A DNA stretch of 64,000 bases from Candidatus Poribacteria bacterium. GTDB lineage: Bacteria; Poribacteria; WGA-4E; JAJDTR01. Positions 32,853 to 42,803 of this stretch are shown here, one piece after another. The notes beneath the pieces are model-generated. The model was given only the letters and a program-made list of their open reading frames with translations. It searched no databases and was not told the origin of the DNA. How positions within the stretch are numbered: position 1 is the first letter of the stretch; every line of letters begins with the position of its first letter. The position numbers and the translations under genes were made by a program. The DNA lies in contig CBDDPW010000007.1 of the NCBI GenBank assembly GCA_965232535.1, positions 21,420 to 85,419 of the forward strand. The letters are read 5' to 3'.

Positions 32853-33409
32853 TAATAGAACATGATTCCTCTCCGCGTCAGCACTCCAGCGGAGTGAAAT
32901 GTCGAGTGTTACTTGGTAGCGCGCCATTATCCCTGTCGGAATAATTCATTCAGCACGTAACACTCATTTTTCGATCTATGACAGGCATTGAGGAGGTGCT
33001 GTTTCGAATAATGCTTTTCACTCCAGCGGAGTGAGATGTCAATAGAATACGATTCCTCCCTGCGTCTGCACTCTAGCGGAGTGCAATGTGGAATGTTACT
33101 TGATAGCGCGCCATTATCCCTGGCGGTATAGTTCCTTCAGCAAGTAACACTGGTTTTTCGGACCTTGGCTAGCTATTAAAAAGCATCCCTTGATAGAGAT
33201 TTTCCTCGTTTCGCACTCCAGCGGAGTGCGATGTCAATAGAATTGTGATCCGTCCAATCTCCGCACTCCAGAGGAGTGCAATGTCTGTAGATGGCGACGA
33301 ACCTAATGCCTGCGTTTCAGCGGGGCGCAATGTTGAGTGTTACTTGGTAGTATCCGAGGCCCGAAACCGATGTTTTTGCCGGATCCTCTCGCCACTGTCC
33401 ATTCGTGAA

Positions 33410-34192
33410 TTACTCTGCCGCAAGGATTGTGTTTTTCGCCGGCAGACGCCGAACGTCGGCATAGTCGGGCACTGAACTAACACCGGAGGCATCATCCACC
33501 GAAATGGGAACGCGCAGGATAAATTCCGCCAAATCAAACGTGTTGTAGCAGACAAAGGCAATTGAAAAGCATTCGATTTGTCGTTCCACCGTGAGGGAGA
33601 GATCCGGGAAAAGCAGCGGACCCGTATCCACTTGAAACCGTTTCCGTTCCGGATGGATGTTCATCGTCTTGACCGGATATTCCACCATGGCGCTCATCCC
33701 CTGATCATCGTCCCATATCTCGGTTCGCCCCATGAGTATTAGATTATTTAGCGTGGCATCAATGATTTCTTCGTCATTCTCGAGAACTCGGGCGGACGGA
33801 AAAGGCGTTGTGGTAACTCGATAGTCCGAGAAGTTGTCCTTGATGTATTGGGGCACGCCGCTTCCCCGTCTACGGTGCTGGGCGCCGCCAAGCCCAATGA
33901 ACTCACTCTGGGACCAGACGCCGCAATATTCGTAGTTCGGGGTCTGGAATAAGGTGTCGGAGCGGTACATCCACTCGGTTCGACACGGCGTGATGAGGAA
34001 ATATTCCTCCCTCTCGCCCAATCTGCTGTTGGACAACTCGCACCGTGCATCAAATTGGATGCGTGCGCTGTTGCCCCAAGGCATGTGTCCCGGCTTCCGG
34101 TCGTCGTTGGGATTGTAAGGCGCATCCCACATCATAAAGGAACGACTGTAGTCCAATGCATCTGTGACGCTAGGATTCTCACTTGTGGGCAT
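33410..34192 (-). CDS. Hypothetical protein
   Basis: 260-aa ORF with AAGGAG RBS, co-oriented with the cluster; no motif recognised. Confidence 0.75.
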   Translation of the reverse strand: MPTSENPSVTDALDYSRSFMMWDAPYNPNDDRKPGHMPWGNSARIQFDARCELSNSRLGEREEYFLITPCRTEWMYRSDTLFQTPNYEYCGVWSQSEFIGLGGAQHRRRGSGVPQYIKDNFSDYRVTTTPFPSARVLENDEEIIDATLNNLILMGRTEIWDDDQGMSAMVEYPVKTMNIHPERKRFQVDTGPLLFPDLSLTVERQIECFSIAFVCYNTFDLAEFILRVPISVDDASGVSSVPDYADVRRLPAKNTILAAE

Positions 34193-34318
34193 TTTATTCT
34201 CCTTACTAGATTGTCCTCACCACAAAATCTTGCTTGCCATTGACAATCGCGATCGACACCATCAACTTCGAGATTATAGCGATCGGTTCTATCGGCGATT
34301 TTGAACAGTAGACAGTCC

Positions 34319-35374
34319 TTATTTAGCCTGCTCGGGGAACGGCTTGCGAATATCGTATCGTCCCTCTTCAAGCACGGGAAGTGTGCCATCCGCCACCATC
34401 AGCTCAAGAGGCGACTCCCTTGTTTCCAGTGGCATGGTGACGACGTTCTTGATTCGCAGCGACTCGTAAATCGCCATCATGATTTCTAGGGTATATCGCG
34501 CTTGCCGCCCGGTACTGCGATGTTCGGGAATCCGACCCTCCATCCAATCCAACATTTCTTGATATTGGTTTGTTTCCGCCGGCCCCGGTTGAATTTCTTG
34601 CCATCCGCTCGCCTTGGAATTTTGAAGTAGGATGACACCTTTTTCGCCAGTTGAGATTTGGCCGTCCGTGCCGTAGATGCGCGGCATCTGCACTACTGGT
34701 TCCGGCAGGTCGCCCTCGTAAATGCCGCGGGTACCTCCTTCAAAGCAAACCAATCCCATGCACAGGTCTTCGCAACGGCTGCGGCGTTCCCATCTATCGC
34801 TCTCTCGCCCTGTTTGTCCGATGACCCAGAGTGTTTCCGGATCGGACAGCATATAACGCCATCCGTCTAGCGCGTGCGTACCGGTATTGAGTAACCCCGC
34901 CATGGGCTTGGCACGCGTGTAGACCATCGTAGGCTCTCCGATTGCACCGTCGGCGACTAATCTACGGATTTCCGTGTTGGTTGCGTCGAACCTGCCCTGA
35001 TGCCCAATGACCAGCTTGGCGCCATTCCTTTCACAGGCTTCAATCATATCGTTGGCGCCGCCCATGGATGCAGCCATCGGCTTCTCGCCGATGATGCCCT
35101 TAATTCCGGCATTAGCCGCCGCTACGGTGATTTCCGCCCGAACTCCCTGCCACGTCGGGATGCTCACGATATCAAGATCCATCTTCGCGAACATCTCGTT
35201 ATAGTCGGTAAAGACCTCCGGAATCGAGAACTGTTCAGCAAGATTCTGTAATTGTGTTTCGCTGATATCCGCGGCGGCAACCACCTCTGCCGCCGGATGA
35301 TCTGTCCATGCGCCCGTATGGGAACGTCCCATTCCGCCGCACCCGACAACTCCTACTCTGTACGTTTTTGCCAT
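34319..35374 (-). CDS. Gfo/Idh/MocA family oxidoreductase
   Basis: VGCGGMG; GEKPMA. Confidence 0.85.
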   Translation of the reverse strand: MAKTYRVGVVGCGGMGRSHTGAWTDHPAAEVVAAADISETQLQNLAEQFSIPEVFTDYNEMFAKMDLDIVSIPTWQGVRAEITVAAANAGIKGIIGEKPMAASMGGANDMIEACERNGAKLVIGHQGRFDATNTEIRRLVADGAIGEPTMVYTRAKPMAGLLNTGTHALDGWRYMLSDPETLWVIGQTGRESDRWERRSRCEDLCMGLVCFEGGTRGIYEGDLPEPVVQMPRIYGTDGQISTGEKGVILLQNSKASGWQEIQPGPAETNQYQEMLDWMEGRIPEHRSTGRQARYTLEIMMAIYESLRIKNVVTMPLETRESPLELMVADGTLPVLEEGRYDIRKPFPEQAK

Positions 35375-35578
35375 GCTTGCAACCTCTTATTCGTGAGCGC
35401 CCATGATGCACACATCTAACTTTCTTTTTGGTGATTTACTTTATAGCTTTTCAGGTCCACATTCACACAAACTTGCTTGCGATCTGACGATTTAAGATTG
35501 TAAGAAAAAAGACACCTAATAAATTGCGCCACTACAAACCGAACCGGGTACCCGATCACCGACCTAACCTCAACATCG

Positions 35579-36436
35579 CTACGCAACGCGTAAGGCCTGC
35601 TCTACCTCTGCGGCACTCGCGAATGCCACCAAAACGCTGCTGACGTCCCTATTCTTCAACACCCACTGCACCGCCCGCTCTGTCCTAGGAATCTCCTCTC
35701 CCGAATCGGCCAGTTCATGCCAGGGACCGGCAATGATGGGATAAGCAAGCTCTAAGTCGTTGCGCATCGCCTCGCCGCGTGCAGAAAGTTTGACGATGGT
35801 TTCTTTGGGGGCTTTACCCCAGTCGGTGCGCGTTTTGTCTTCCCAGCTTAACCACTGGCTGCCAAGCGCTTTCATGATGAGCACCCCTTTGCCTGCTTTT
35901 GCCGAAAGTTCGATTCCCGGTGCTTGCCAACGGCAAACGTAGTTGTAAATGACCAAGTCGGCATCCGCTTCCGGTTCCGAACCTCGTTCGGCGTAGGCTT
36001 CTTGATCCGCGCGATGATGGCGAATCAGGCAGAGCGATCTCACCTTGCCGGCGCATTTCAACTCACGTATGCGTTCCGCAAGTTGCTCGTCCCTTGTGAA
36101 GGCGGAGTGATGCACTCGGAGAATGTCGATTGCCTCGCGGTGGAGGTTCTTTAACTGTGCGTCGATTAATCCCTCCAAGTCTTCGGCTCGCGGTGCCCCC
36201 ACTTTGAAGGAAAAGTAACGATCCTCGCTGGCCCCTTTCAGTTCCTTCGGGATATGCACTTCGTCGCCGTAACCCATATCAAACAGATTAATTCCCAATT
36301 CCGCCGAGCGGAGGTATATTCGCCGTTTCTCGTCGGGTGGTGGATGGCCGTGCACGCCTTCGTAGTGCGCAAGCAATCCGCCCAAAGCGATGGCGCTCAG
36401 TTTCATGTCAGTTTGCCCGAAGCTACGATATTCCAT
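35579..36436 (-). CDS. Divergent aldo/keto reductase family protein
   Basis: MEYRSFGQTDMKLSAIALG, LGINLFD, IDILRVH, IMKAL. Confidence 0.7.
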   Translation of the reverse strand: MEYRSFGQTDMKLSAIALGGLLAHYEGVHGHPPPDEKRRIYLRSAELGINLFDMGYGDEVHIPKELKGASEDRYFSFKVGAPRAEDLEGLIDAQLKNLHREAIDILRVHHSAFTRDEQLAERIRELKCAGKVRSLCLIRHHRADQEAYAERGSEPEADADLVIYNYVCRWQAPGIELSAKAGKGVLIMKALGSQWLSWEDKTRTDWGKAPKETIVKLSARGEAMRNDLELAYPIIAGPWHELADSGEEIPRTERAVQWVLKNRDVSSVLVAFASAAEVEQALRVA

Positions 36437-36482
36437 GATAATTATCTCTTGAGCATCGTTAAGCGGTCTTCTCGAATTCCCG

Positions 36483-37721
36483 TTAGTCGATTCCTAAGGC
36501 TTCGTCAATTTCCGACTGATAGTCGTAAACCTGACAGGATTCAACCTCGCTCATTTTCACAACGCGTCCCAACTTGGAAGACTCGAAGATGGCGTAAACT
36601 GCGGCGACATCCTTCATTCCCGAAATTCCATCTACCTCTATGCGGCGTCCATGAAGGATTGCCTCTGCCAGTTCGTAATACTCCAGCGCAATCAGTTTCC
36701 AATCGACCGCGTTATCGCTGGCGGCAATCCGTGATGGGAAGAAGTGCCCCGCCAACGGCTCTAACGTGAAACCGTCAGTCGTTTCCAAAATCTCTTCAAA
36801 GCTTTTCTCCGCCTCCGATCTCCGTTTCAGGCTGATTCTGCCGCCACGAGTTCCAAATCCTTCAATGCTTCCGCTTGTTCCCAAGATCCGCTCACCGCCG
36901 CAACTCCCGTGCCCGCCGAGCCCGACAATCCAGTTGACGGTCGCCCCGCTCTCCATTTGGAAGATTGCGACTGACGTATCTTCCGCGGTTGCCGGAACTT
37001 CGGTCTCCATCGCTTCGAACCGATTTCGGTAGAATGTGTACGTGTCGTGTATTCTCTCCGGCTTCCTTCTTGTCGGCTCGACCAGTCTTACATTCCCATA
37101 GACCTCTTCGACATCTCCCAGTTGATAACGAATCATGTCGGTAAAGTGAACGCCCAGGTCAATGATGGGACCTCCGCTCAACTTGAGGTGCCGCCACGGC
37201 GTGATGAAAATGGCGTCACTCGGGCTTAGCGTGTGAAACAAACCCAAGTAAGGCTCGCCTATTTCGTTCGTCTCCAAGAGATACCGCACTAATCGTGCGG
37301 AAACGTCCCGGCGGTAGTTCTCGGCGATTGACAGCAGGCGGTTATTCCGTTCGGAGGCTTCAATCATTTTCCGGCAGGCTTTGACGGTAATCGCCATCGG
37401 TTTCTCGACCATGACATGCAGACCGAGGTCCATGGCGTCGCAGGCAACACTGTGGTGCACCGAGGGATCGGTCACAACATCGACCGCCGCCAAGTCGGGT
37501 ACTTGACGTACCATCTCCGCCAAATCCGTGAAAATTAAAGGTCGAACCCCCAAAAGACTCTCGGCTTCCGAGGCGGCAAGTTCGGCATTCTCGCGCCGAA
37601 CATCACAGAGTGCGACCAATTCGACATTACAGAACGGCGTTTGCGAGAGTTCCCGCAGCCCGTAAAGATGCCGAGTGCCCATGCCGCCGCAGCCGACTAT
37701 GGCAAGCCTGATCTTGTCCAT
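36483..37721 (-). CDS. Gfo/Idh/MocA family oxidoreductase
   Basis: VGCGGMG; VEKPMA; AENYRRD; DLGVHFTD. Confidence 0.88.
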   Translation of the reverse strand: MDKIRLAIVGCGGMGTRHLYGLRELSQTPFCNVELVALCDVRRENAELAASEAESLLGVRPLIFTDLAEMVRQVPDLAAVDVVTDPSVHHSVACDAMDLGLHVMVEKPMAITVKACRKMIEASERNNRLLSIAENYRRDVSARLVRYLLETNEIGEPYLGLFHTLSPSDAIFITPWRHLKLSGGPIIDLGVHFTDMIRYQLGDVEEVYGNVRLVEPTRRKPERIHDTYTFYRNRFEAMETEVPATAEDTSVAIFQMESGATVNWIVGLGGHGSCGGERILGTSGSIEGFGTRGGRISLKRRSEAEKSFEEILETTDGFTLEPLAGHFFPSRIAASDNAVDWKLIALEYYELAEAILHGRRIEVDGISGMKDVAAVYAIFESSKLGRVVKMSEVESCQVYDYQSEIDEALGID

Positions 37722-37816
37722 ATTGTCTTATTGAATCGTCTCGATCTTGGACTCCGGTTGGTCCATATTGGCTTAGATTTATCGAACTTTGAATCAACAC
37801 CTCACCCAATTAGGTA

Positions 37817-39298
37817 TCAACTCAAACCGCTCACAGCAAGAAATCGCTCATAAGCGCTATCCCACTGTTCCGAATCTTCCGGTTCGTAAGTCTCCAATTC
37901 GAATGACCGACGGATGATTGCGCGTGCGTCGGAAATCGAGTCGATTAACCCCGTCGAAATAGCCTGTACCATGATATTGCCGACCGCAGTCGCTTCCGTA
38001 GGTCCGGCTACCACCGGCACACCCGTTGCATTGGCAGCAAATTGGCACAACAGCCTGTTCTTGGCACCACCACCGACGATATGGATAACATCGATTGGGC
38101 TTCCACTGACAAGCCCAAGTTTTTCCGTGACCCATCGGTACTTTAGTGCGAGGCTCTCCAGTATGCATCTAACGATTTCGCCTTCATCTTTTGGAGGTGT
38201 TTGTCCGGTGCGCTTGCAATACTCGATGATACGCGACGGCATGTCACCGGCGCTCAGGAAGGCTTCATCATCCGGCTCAACCAACGTTTTGAAAGGCGCG
38301 GCATCCCCGGCAAGCTGCATGAGCTGATCGTAGGACATCTCTCGGCCTCGCCGCGCCCATGTTCGACGACATTCTTGAAGCAGCCACAACCCCATGACAT
38401 TCTTCAGAAACCGGATGGTGTCCGCTACTCCACCCTCGTTGGTGAAATTCAGACTAAGTACCTGATCGGAAATTATCGGATTGGGGGCTTCAATTCCCAT
38501 CAGTGACCACGTGCCGGAACTGATGTAAGCCCAATTTTCAGTCTGCGCCGGCACCGCTGCAACAGCGGAGGCTGTGTCGTGACTCCCTGGGGCGATCACT
38601 GGTATTTCACCCAACCCGGTTTCATCTGACACGGAGGGGCGGAGCGTCCCAATTTGTGTGCCGGGTTGAACGACTTCCGGAAGAAGGTGATACGGTATGT
38701 CAAATGCGCTGCATATCTCTCGTGACCAACATTTTTGGCGCGGGTCATAAAATTGCGTTGTAGTTGCGTTCGTAAATTCGCACACCACCCGTCCGGTCAG
38801 CCAAAAATTGAACAGGTCAGGTAACATCAAGAGTGCGTCGGCGAGTTTCAGCAGCGGCGAATCGCGAATCACCATAGAGTACAACTGATAGAGCGTATTT
38901 ATTGGCATAAACTGCGCGCCGCTGTGCGCGAAAATTTCTTCCCGCGAAAGACGATCGAACGCTTTATCCAACATTCCGTCCGTCCGCAAATCGCGGTAGT
39001 GGTACGGAAGTCCCAAGAGCGAATCGTCTTTTCCGATAAGCGCGAAATCAACGCCCCACGTGTCAACCCCGATCCCCTTGAGTTCATCCTTTCGGCGTGC
39101 GCAGAGCGAGAGGGCATTATTCATTTCGCTCCACAGGCCCAGCACATCCCAGTGAAGGCTATCCAACACATGCACGCCGCCGTTGGGGAACCGATGCAGT
39201 TCTTCCAACGCGATTTTCTCGCCATCGAATCGTCCGAGCACGCCTCGCCCGCTTTCGGCGCCGAGATCGAATGCCAAGAATGATTGTGTTTCTGCCAT
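37817..39298 (-). CDS. rhaB: Rhamnulokinase / FGGY family sugar kinase
   Basis: FDLGAESGR, DTWGVDF, GSHDTASA, YISSGTWSLMG, FTNEGG. Confidence 0.8.
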   Translation of the reverse strand: MAETQSFLAFDLGAESGRGVLGRFDGEKIALEELHRFPNGGVHVLDSLHWDVLGLWSEMNNALSLCARRKDELKGIGVDTWGVDFALIGKDDSLLGLPYHYRDLRTDGMLDKAFDRLSREEIFAHSGAQFMPINTLYQLYSMVIRDSPLLKLADALLMLPDLFNFWLTGRVVCEFTNATTTQFYDPRQKCWSREICSAFDIPYHLLPEVVQPGTQIGTLRPSVSDETGLGEIPVIAPGSHDTASAVAAVPAQTENWAYISSGTWSLMGIEAPNPIISDQVLSLNFTNEGGVADTIRFLKNVMGLWLLQECRRTWARRGREMSYDQLMQLAGDAAPFKTLVEPDDEAFLSAGDMPSRIIEYCKRTGQTPPKDEGEIVRCILESLALKYRWVTEKLGLVSGSPIDVIHIVGGGAKNRLLCQFAANATGVPVVAGPTEATAVGNIMVQAISTGLIDSISDARAIIRRSFELETYEPEDSEQWDSAYERFLAVSGLS

Positions 39299-39539
39299 CA
39301 GGATTTTCCTTGTAGTCTAGGATTCATCCTAAAAATCTGGAGGAGAATTGTCATAGTCAGACCGATGTGAACTCCTTATGACTATGCTGCACTCAGTTTG
39401 TATCTCCAAACCTTTGCTGACCGTCCGACTCGTGAACGCTATGAGTGCATTAGCCGTTGCGGTGGCAGGCGCAGTATAACAACACCACATTCTGGACGCA
39501 CCGGAGGAGAAATTAGAAAAAATTCACTATCCTATGTTT

Positions 39540-41108
39540 TTACACTTTGGGTGGGATGCTCTCCAGTTCTAGCCCTTCTGGACGAACGAAATCTTTGTAT
39601 CGCGTTTGTATCTCGACTCCGTTGACGCTGCGCTTAAACCCCGCCTTCGTATCAAACTTTTGGGTCTCAATTTCAAGCGTATTGTTGCCCCTTTTGAGGT
39701 CCTCCAGCTCCAGCTTATATCGGAACCAATGCGCGGACATTCCCAGCGGTGCCTGAATATGCATATATCCCGGGAGATTGACTTGCATTGTCAAAGTCCG
39801 TTCGTCGGTAATCTCGGCATCCTCCCATGGTAACACTCTGCCGTTGAAACGGAGTTCGATCTCGTCTTTTATGCAGAAAAAAGAGAAACGAACGGTGAGT
39901 ATAGGCTTTCTCATCTCTCCGTCCTGCTTTGCGCTCTCAATGTCATCAGCAACCCAGATGTTGAGTGTTTCGGTTCTTCCTTCGGCAAGGGGGACCGGTA
40001 ATTGCCGCTTTGGTGTTGTTGTAGGTGCGCCCTCCTCTCCCTCTCGTGGCTGAAGTAGATATCGCTTGGGACTTCGCGCATGGACTTCGGGGTAGGCCAC
40101 TTCGCGCAAAATCTGGTACTCTCGTTCGCTGAATGGCCAAGACAAATATCCGTCATACATGCCGGCCCATCCATCCCAATGCAGAGTCTGCGCCAACGCG
40201 TTGTACATCTCAATACTTGGCATGCCAACCCGCTCGTCATAAACGCGCCTTGGAGGACGGTAATACGCGGCACCACCGACTGCATTTGCGGCGTCGGGGA
40301 GCCAGCGAGGCTTCGGCTGTGTTTCGGTCAGGACAACCTCGTCCTGACCGACGACGAAATCGATACTTCCCTCCCGGATCCAGGTTTCCACATCAAGCCC
40401 AATTCTGAGATTATCCTCTCTGTTAAGGCATACACGCGCCATGATCGGAATTTGCCTGTCCTGTTGGTTACCGATCTGCGATGCCATCTCTCGGATTTCG
40501 CCCATGAAACTGTTCATTAACGGGATGTTGTTTTCGATTTCTGACTGTTTGAAGTAGAAAGGATCAAACATGAAATCGAGTTCAATGCCGTCCGCCTCAT
40601 AGTCCTCTAACATCTCTCGCAGCACCGCAAGTTTGTCTAGCCTAACGAGTTCATGGGCAAAGTCGTAGCACCACTCCGCGCGTCCCTCCTCGCCGATACA
40701 AACCTCTGCGCCGTGCTCCCATTTCAGTAAGCCGCATCGCTCGCTCCCAGGCAGATTACTTGCCTGAAGCTTCAGTGACGGAAATACGGTAAGCCCCATT
40801 TGGGTGCCGCGCTTTATCACCTCGCGTACCTGGTCAGTTCCCAACTTTTCAGCTTCCGCAACCATGCGCATAATCCGCCAGTCGATGTAGTTTTCCCACA
40901 CCTCCTTCATTTGTCCTACCACCCGTCCAACTTTGCTATTGTGGAAGTAGACATCAGCGTAGCCAAGCCCGAGCACCAAAAGGTCCACGCCTGTGCCAAG
41001 GACTTCGTCTACGGGCCATTGCAGCATGTGGATTGAAGCAGGGGGTTCTATCCGCTTGCCGTGAAAATGGTGTGCATCGTTGTAATAAATCAATCGAGGC
41101 TTCTTCAT
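39540..41108 (-). CDS. Glycoside hydrolase-like TIM-barrel protein (GHL10-like)
   Basis: Start after AAGGAG; LIYYND, YDFAHELVR, YEADGIELDF. Confidence 0.6.
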   Translation of the reverse strand: MKKPRLIYYNDAHHFHGKRIEPPASIHMLQWPVDEVLGTGVDLLVLGLGYADVYFHNSKVGRVVGQMKEVWENYIDWRIMRMVAEAEKLGTDQVREVIKRGTQMGLTVFPSLKLQASNLPGSERCGLLKWEHGAEVCIGEEGRAEWCYDFAHELVRLDKLAVLREMLEDYEADGIELDFMFDPFYFKQSEIENNIPLMNSFMGEIREMASQIGNQQDRQIPIMARVCLNREDNLRIGLDVETWIREGSIDFVVGQDEVVLTETQPKPRWLPDAANAVGGAAYYRPPRRVYDERVGMPSIEMYNALAQTLHWDGWAGMYDGYLSWPFSEREYQILREVAYPEVHARSPKRYLLQPREGEEGAPTTTPKRQLPVPLAEGRTETLNIWVADDIESAKQDGEMRKPILTVRFSFFCIKDEIELRFNGRVLPWEDAEITDERTLTMQVNLPGYMHIQAPLGMSAHWFRYKLELEDLKRGNNTLEIETQKFDTKAGFKRSVNGVEIQTRYKDFVRPEGLELESIPPKV

Positions 41109-41266
41109 CAGATTCTCCTTAGCGGGCATCGTCCGCCGTACCCTTGTGTGCCTCTGACCAAAGGCGTGTGCATGTCAAAGATTACAGCAGGCAGAAATTC
41201 ATCAAGTTCTCTGTCCCAAATTTCTTGGTCAAAGTCCCTGTAATCAGATAGATCCCACAGGCTCAT
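41108..41266 (-). pseudogene. N-terminal stub of an amidohydrolase
   Basis: FDQEIWDRELDEFLPAVIFDMHT then abrupt loss of similarity. Confidence 0.55.
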
Positions 41267-41404
41267 CCTTCCCAAGGATAGCGTATAATCTCTAAATGTT
41301 GATGTGTTTTCGCGGTGAAGCATTATTCCAAACTATCGTCGAACGTGGTACAGATACACGGTAACGGCTTCATTATTTGCCACATTACATGACTTCAGTG
41401 ACAA

Positions 41405-42208
41405 TTACCATGCCGTCCACCCGCCATCCACCAGGTAGTTCTGCCCGGTAATGTAGCTGCCGGCATCGCTTGCCAGAAGTACCACGATTCCCTTCAACTC
41501 ATCCGGTCTGCCCATGCGTCCGAGCGGTACTTTTTCCGCAAGCCGATCAACGAACCCTTCTGCTTTTGCTATCATCGCCGGCTTTGGGAATGGCCCCGGG
41601 CTGAGTGTATTGACGCGAATATTGTACTTCGCCCAATAAGCCGCCAAATGCCGCGTCAAGTGCACCAGACCCCCCTTTAGGGCATGGTAATTTGGAGCGC
41701 TGTTGAGGAGCAGCCCTTCGTACAATGACGGGTAACTTCCTATAACACCGTACATGCTCCCGATGTTGATTATCGATCCCGGCGCTTGGCGCTGGCGCAT
41801 GTGCAGCATCACATCGCGGGCAAGTATGAAATATCCCGTTACACCAACGTGATAGGCGTAATCGAAATCGTCGGCGGTCGCAGTGTCAATCTCCGGCGCG
41901 GTGGCACCATAGGCGTTGTTCACGAGCACGTCAATTTTGCCCATCCGCTCATCCACTTGGGAAACAAAATCAGGGATGGTATCCGTCTCAGCTTGGCTGA
42001 ATCCGAGCCCGACATGACCTTCGCCGGGGAGTGTTTTTGCGAATTCTTCGGCAAGCGCGGACTCCCGGCTCGTGACGACGAGGCGGGCGCCAGCCTCTGC
42101 AAGCCCTCGACTCATGGCAGTGCCGAGCCAACCACATGCTCCCGTTACGATGGCAACCCTGTCCTTCAGGCTGAGCAAATCCATTAGATGTCGTTCATCG
42201 GTGTCCAT
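41405..42208 (-). CDS. SDR family oxidoreductase
   Basis: TGACGWLG, VLVNNA, YHALKGG, YITGQNYLVDGG. Confidence 0.9.
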   Translation of the reverse strand: MDTDERHLMDLLSLKDRVAIVTGACGWLGTAMSRGLAEAGARLVVTSRESALAEEFAKTLPGEGHVGLGFSQAETDTIPDFVSQVDERMGKIDVLVNNAYGATAPEIDTATADDFDYAYHVGVTGYFILARDVMLHMRQRQAPGSIINIGSMYGVIGSYPSLYEGLLLNSAPNYHALKGGLVHLTRHLAAYWAKYNIRVNTLSPGPFPKPAMIAKAEGFVDRLAEKVPLGRMGRPDELKGIVVLLASDAGSYITGQNYLVDGGWTAW

Positions 42209-42299
42209 TTATGTCTCCAATCGTTACTACTGCGAGAGTTGCCGATACTATAGATTCAAGGTGATGATTTTTCGGAAAATCATAATAGTAATATTACCA

Positions 42300-42749
42300 A
42301 CACTCCGCACCTCATGAGGGGCATTTAGGAATATTTATGATTTTCTTCTCTGGTAATCATGGCACTAGCACACCTTGTATTTGAATCATAAATAACATTC
42401 TACAAGTTTTTAGCCCCAGCGGGGCGACAGGTGTATAGAAATGTGAGTTGGCCACACACTCAAGCCCCAGAGGGGCGACACTTGGACTACGCTTCAATCG
42501 AAAACGCTAACAGGCAACAACTCAGCATCCTTTTTAATTCGGTTGATATACCCCATACATAATTCACCTGTCGCCCCGCTGGGGCTTTGATGGAGGGCTG
42601 TCTGATGCTGCTATACACCTATCGCTCCTCTGGGGCTTGGCGTGTAAATAATCCTCAATTGGATTTCCAAGAATTGAAAAATTCAGTAACCACACGGATT
42701 TATAGGATTTCAATAAATTCTGTAAACCCCTAAAATGGGTGCGGAGAGT
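42300..42749. mobile_element. Inverted-repeat-bounded non-coding element containing a REP doublet pair (REPIN-like)
   Basis: ACACTCCGCACC / GGTGCGGAGAGT ends; GCCCCAG(C/A)GGGGCGACA twice, then two inverted copies (42412-42637); no clear TSD. Confidence 0.6.
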
Positions 42750-42803
42750 AGGATATTAGGTAACAACCAACGGTATCTCCGAAAAAGTACCTTCAACCCT
42801 AAT

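Larger units (their letters stand above)
32292..33350. repeat. Tandem array of four ~187-bp structured units plus a partial fifth
   Basis: GA(G/A)TGTTACTTG at 32505, 32904, 33091, 33335; each unit carries two CACTCCAGCGGAGTG-type hairpins. Confidence 0.9.

Noticed and set aside
32292-33350. CRISPR array
   Set aside because: Conserved part is >100 bp, variable segments are homologous to each other, and no cas genes are present.
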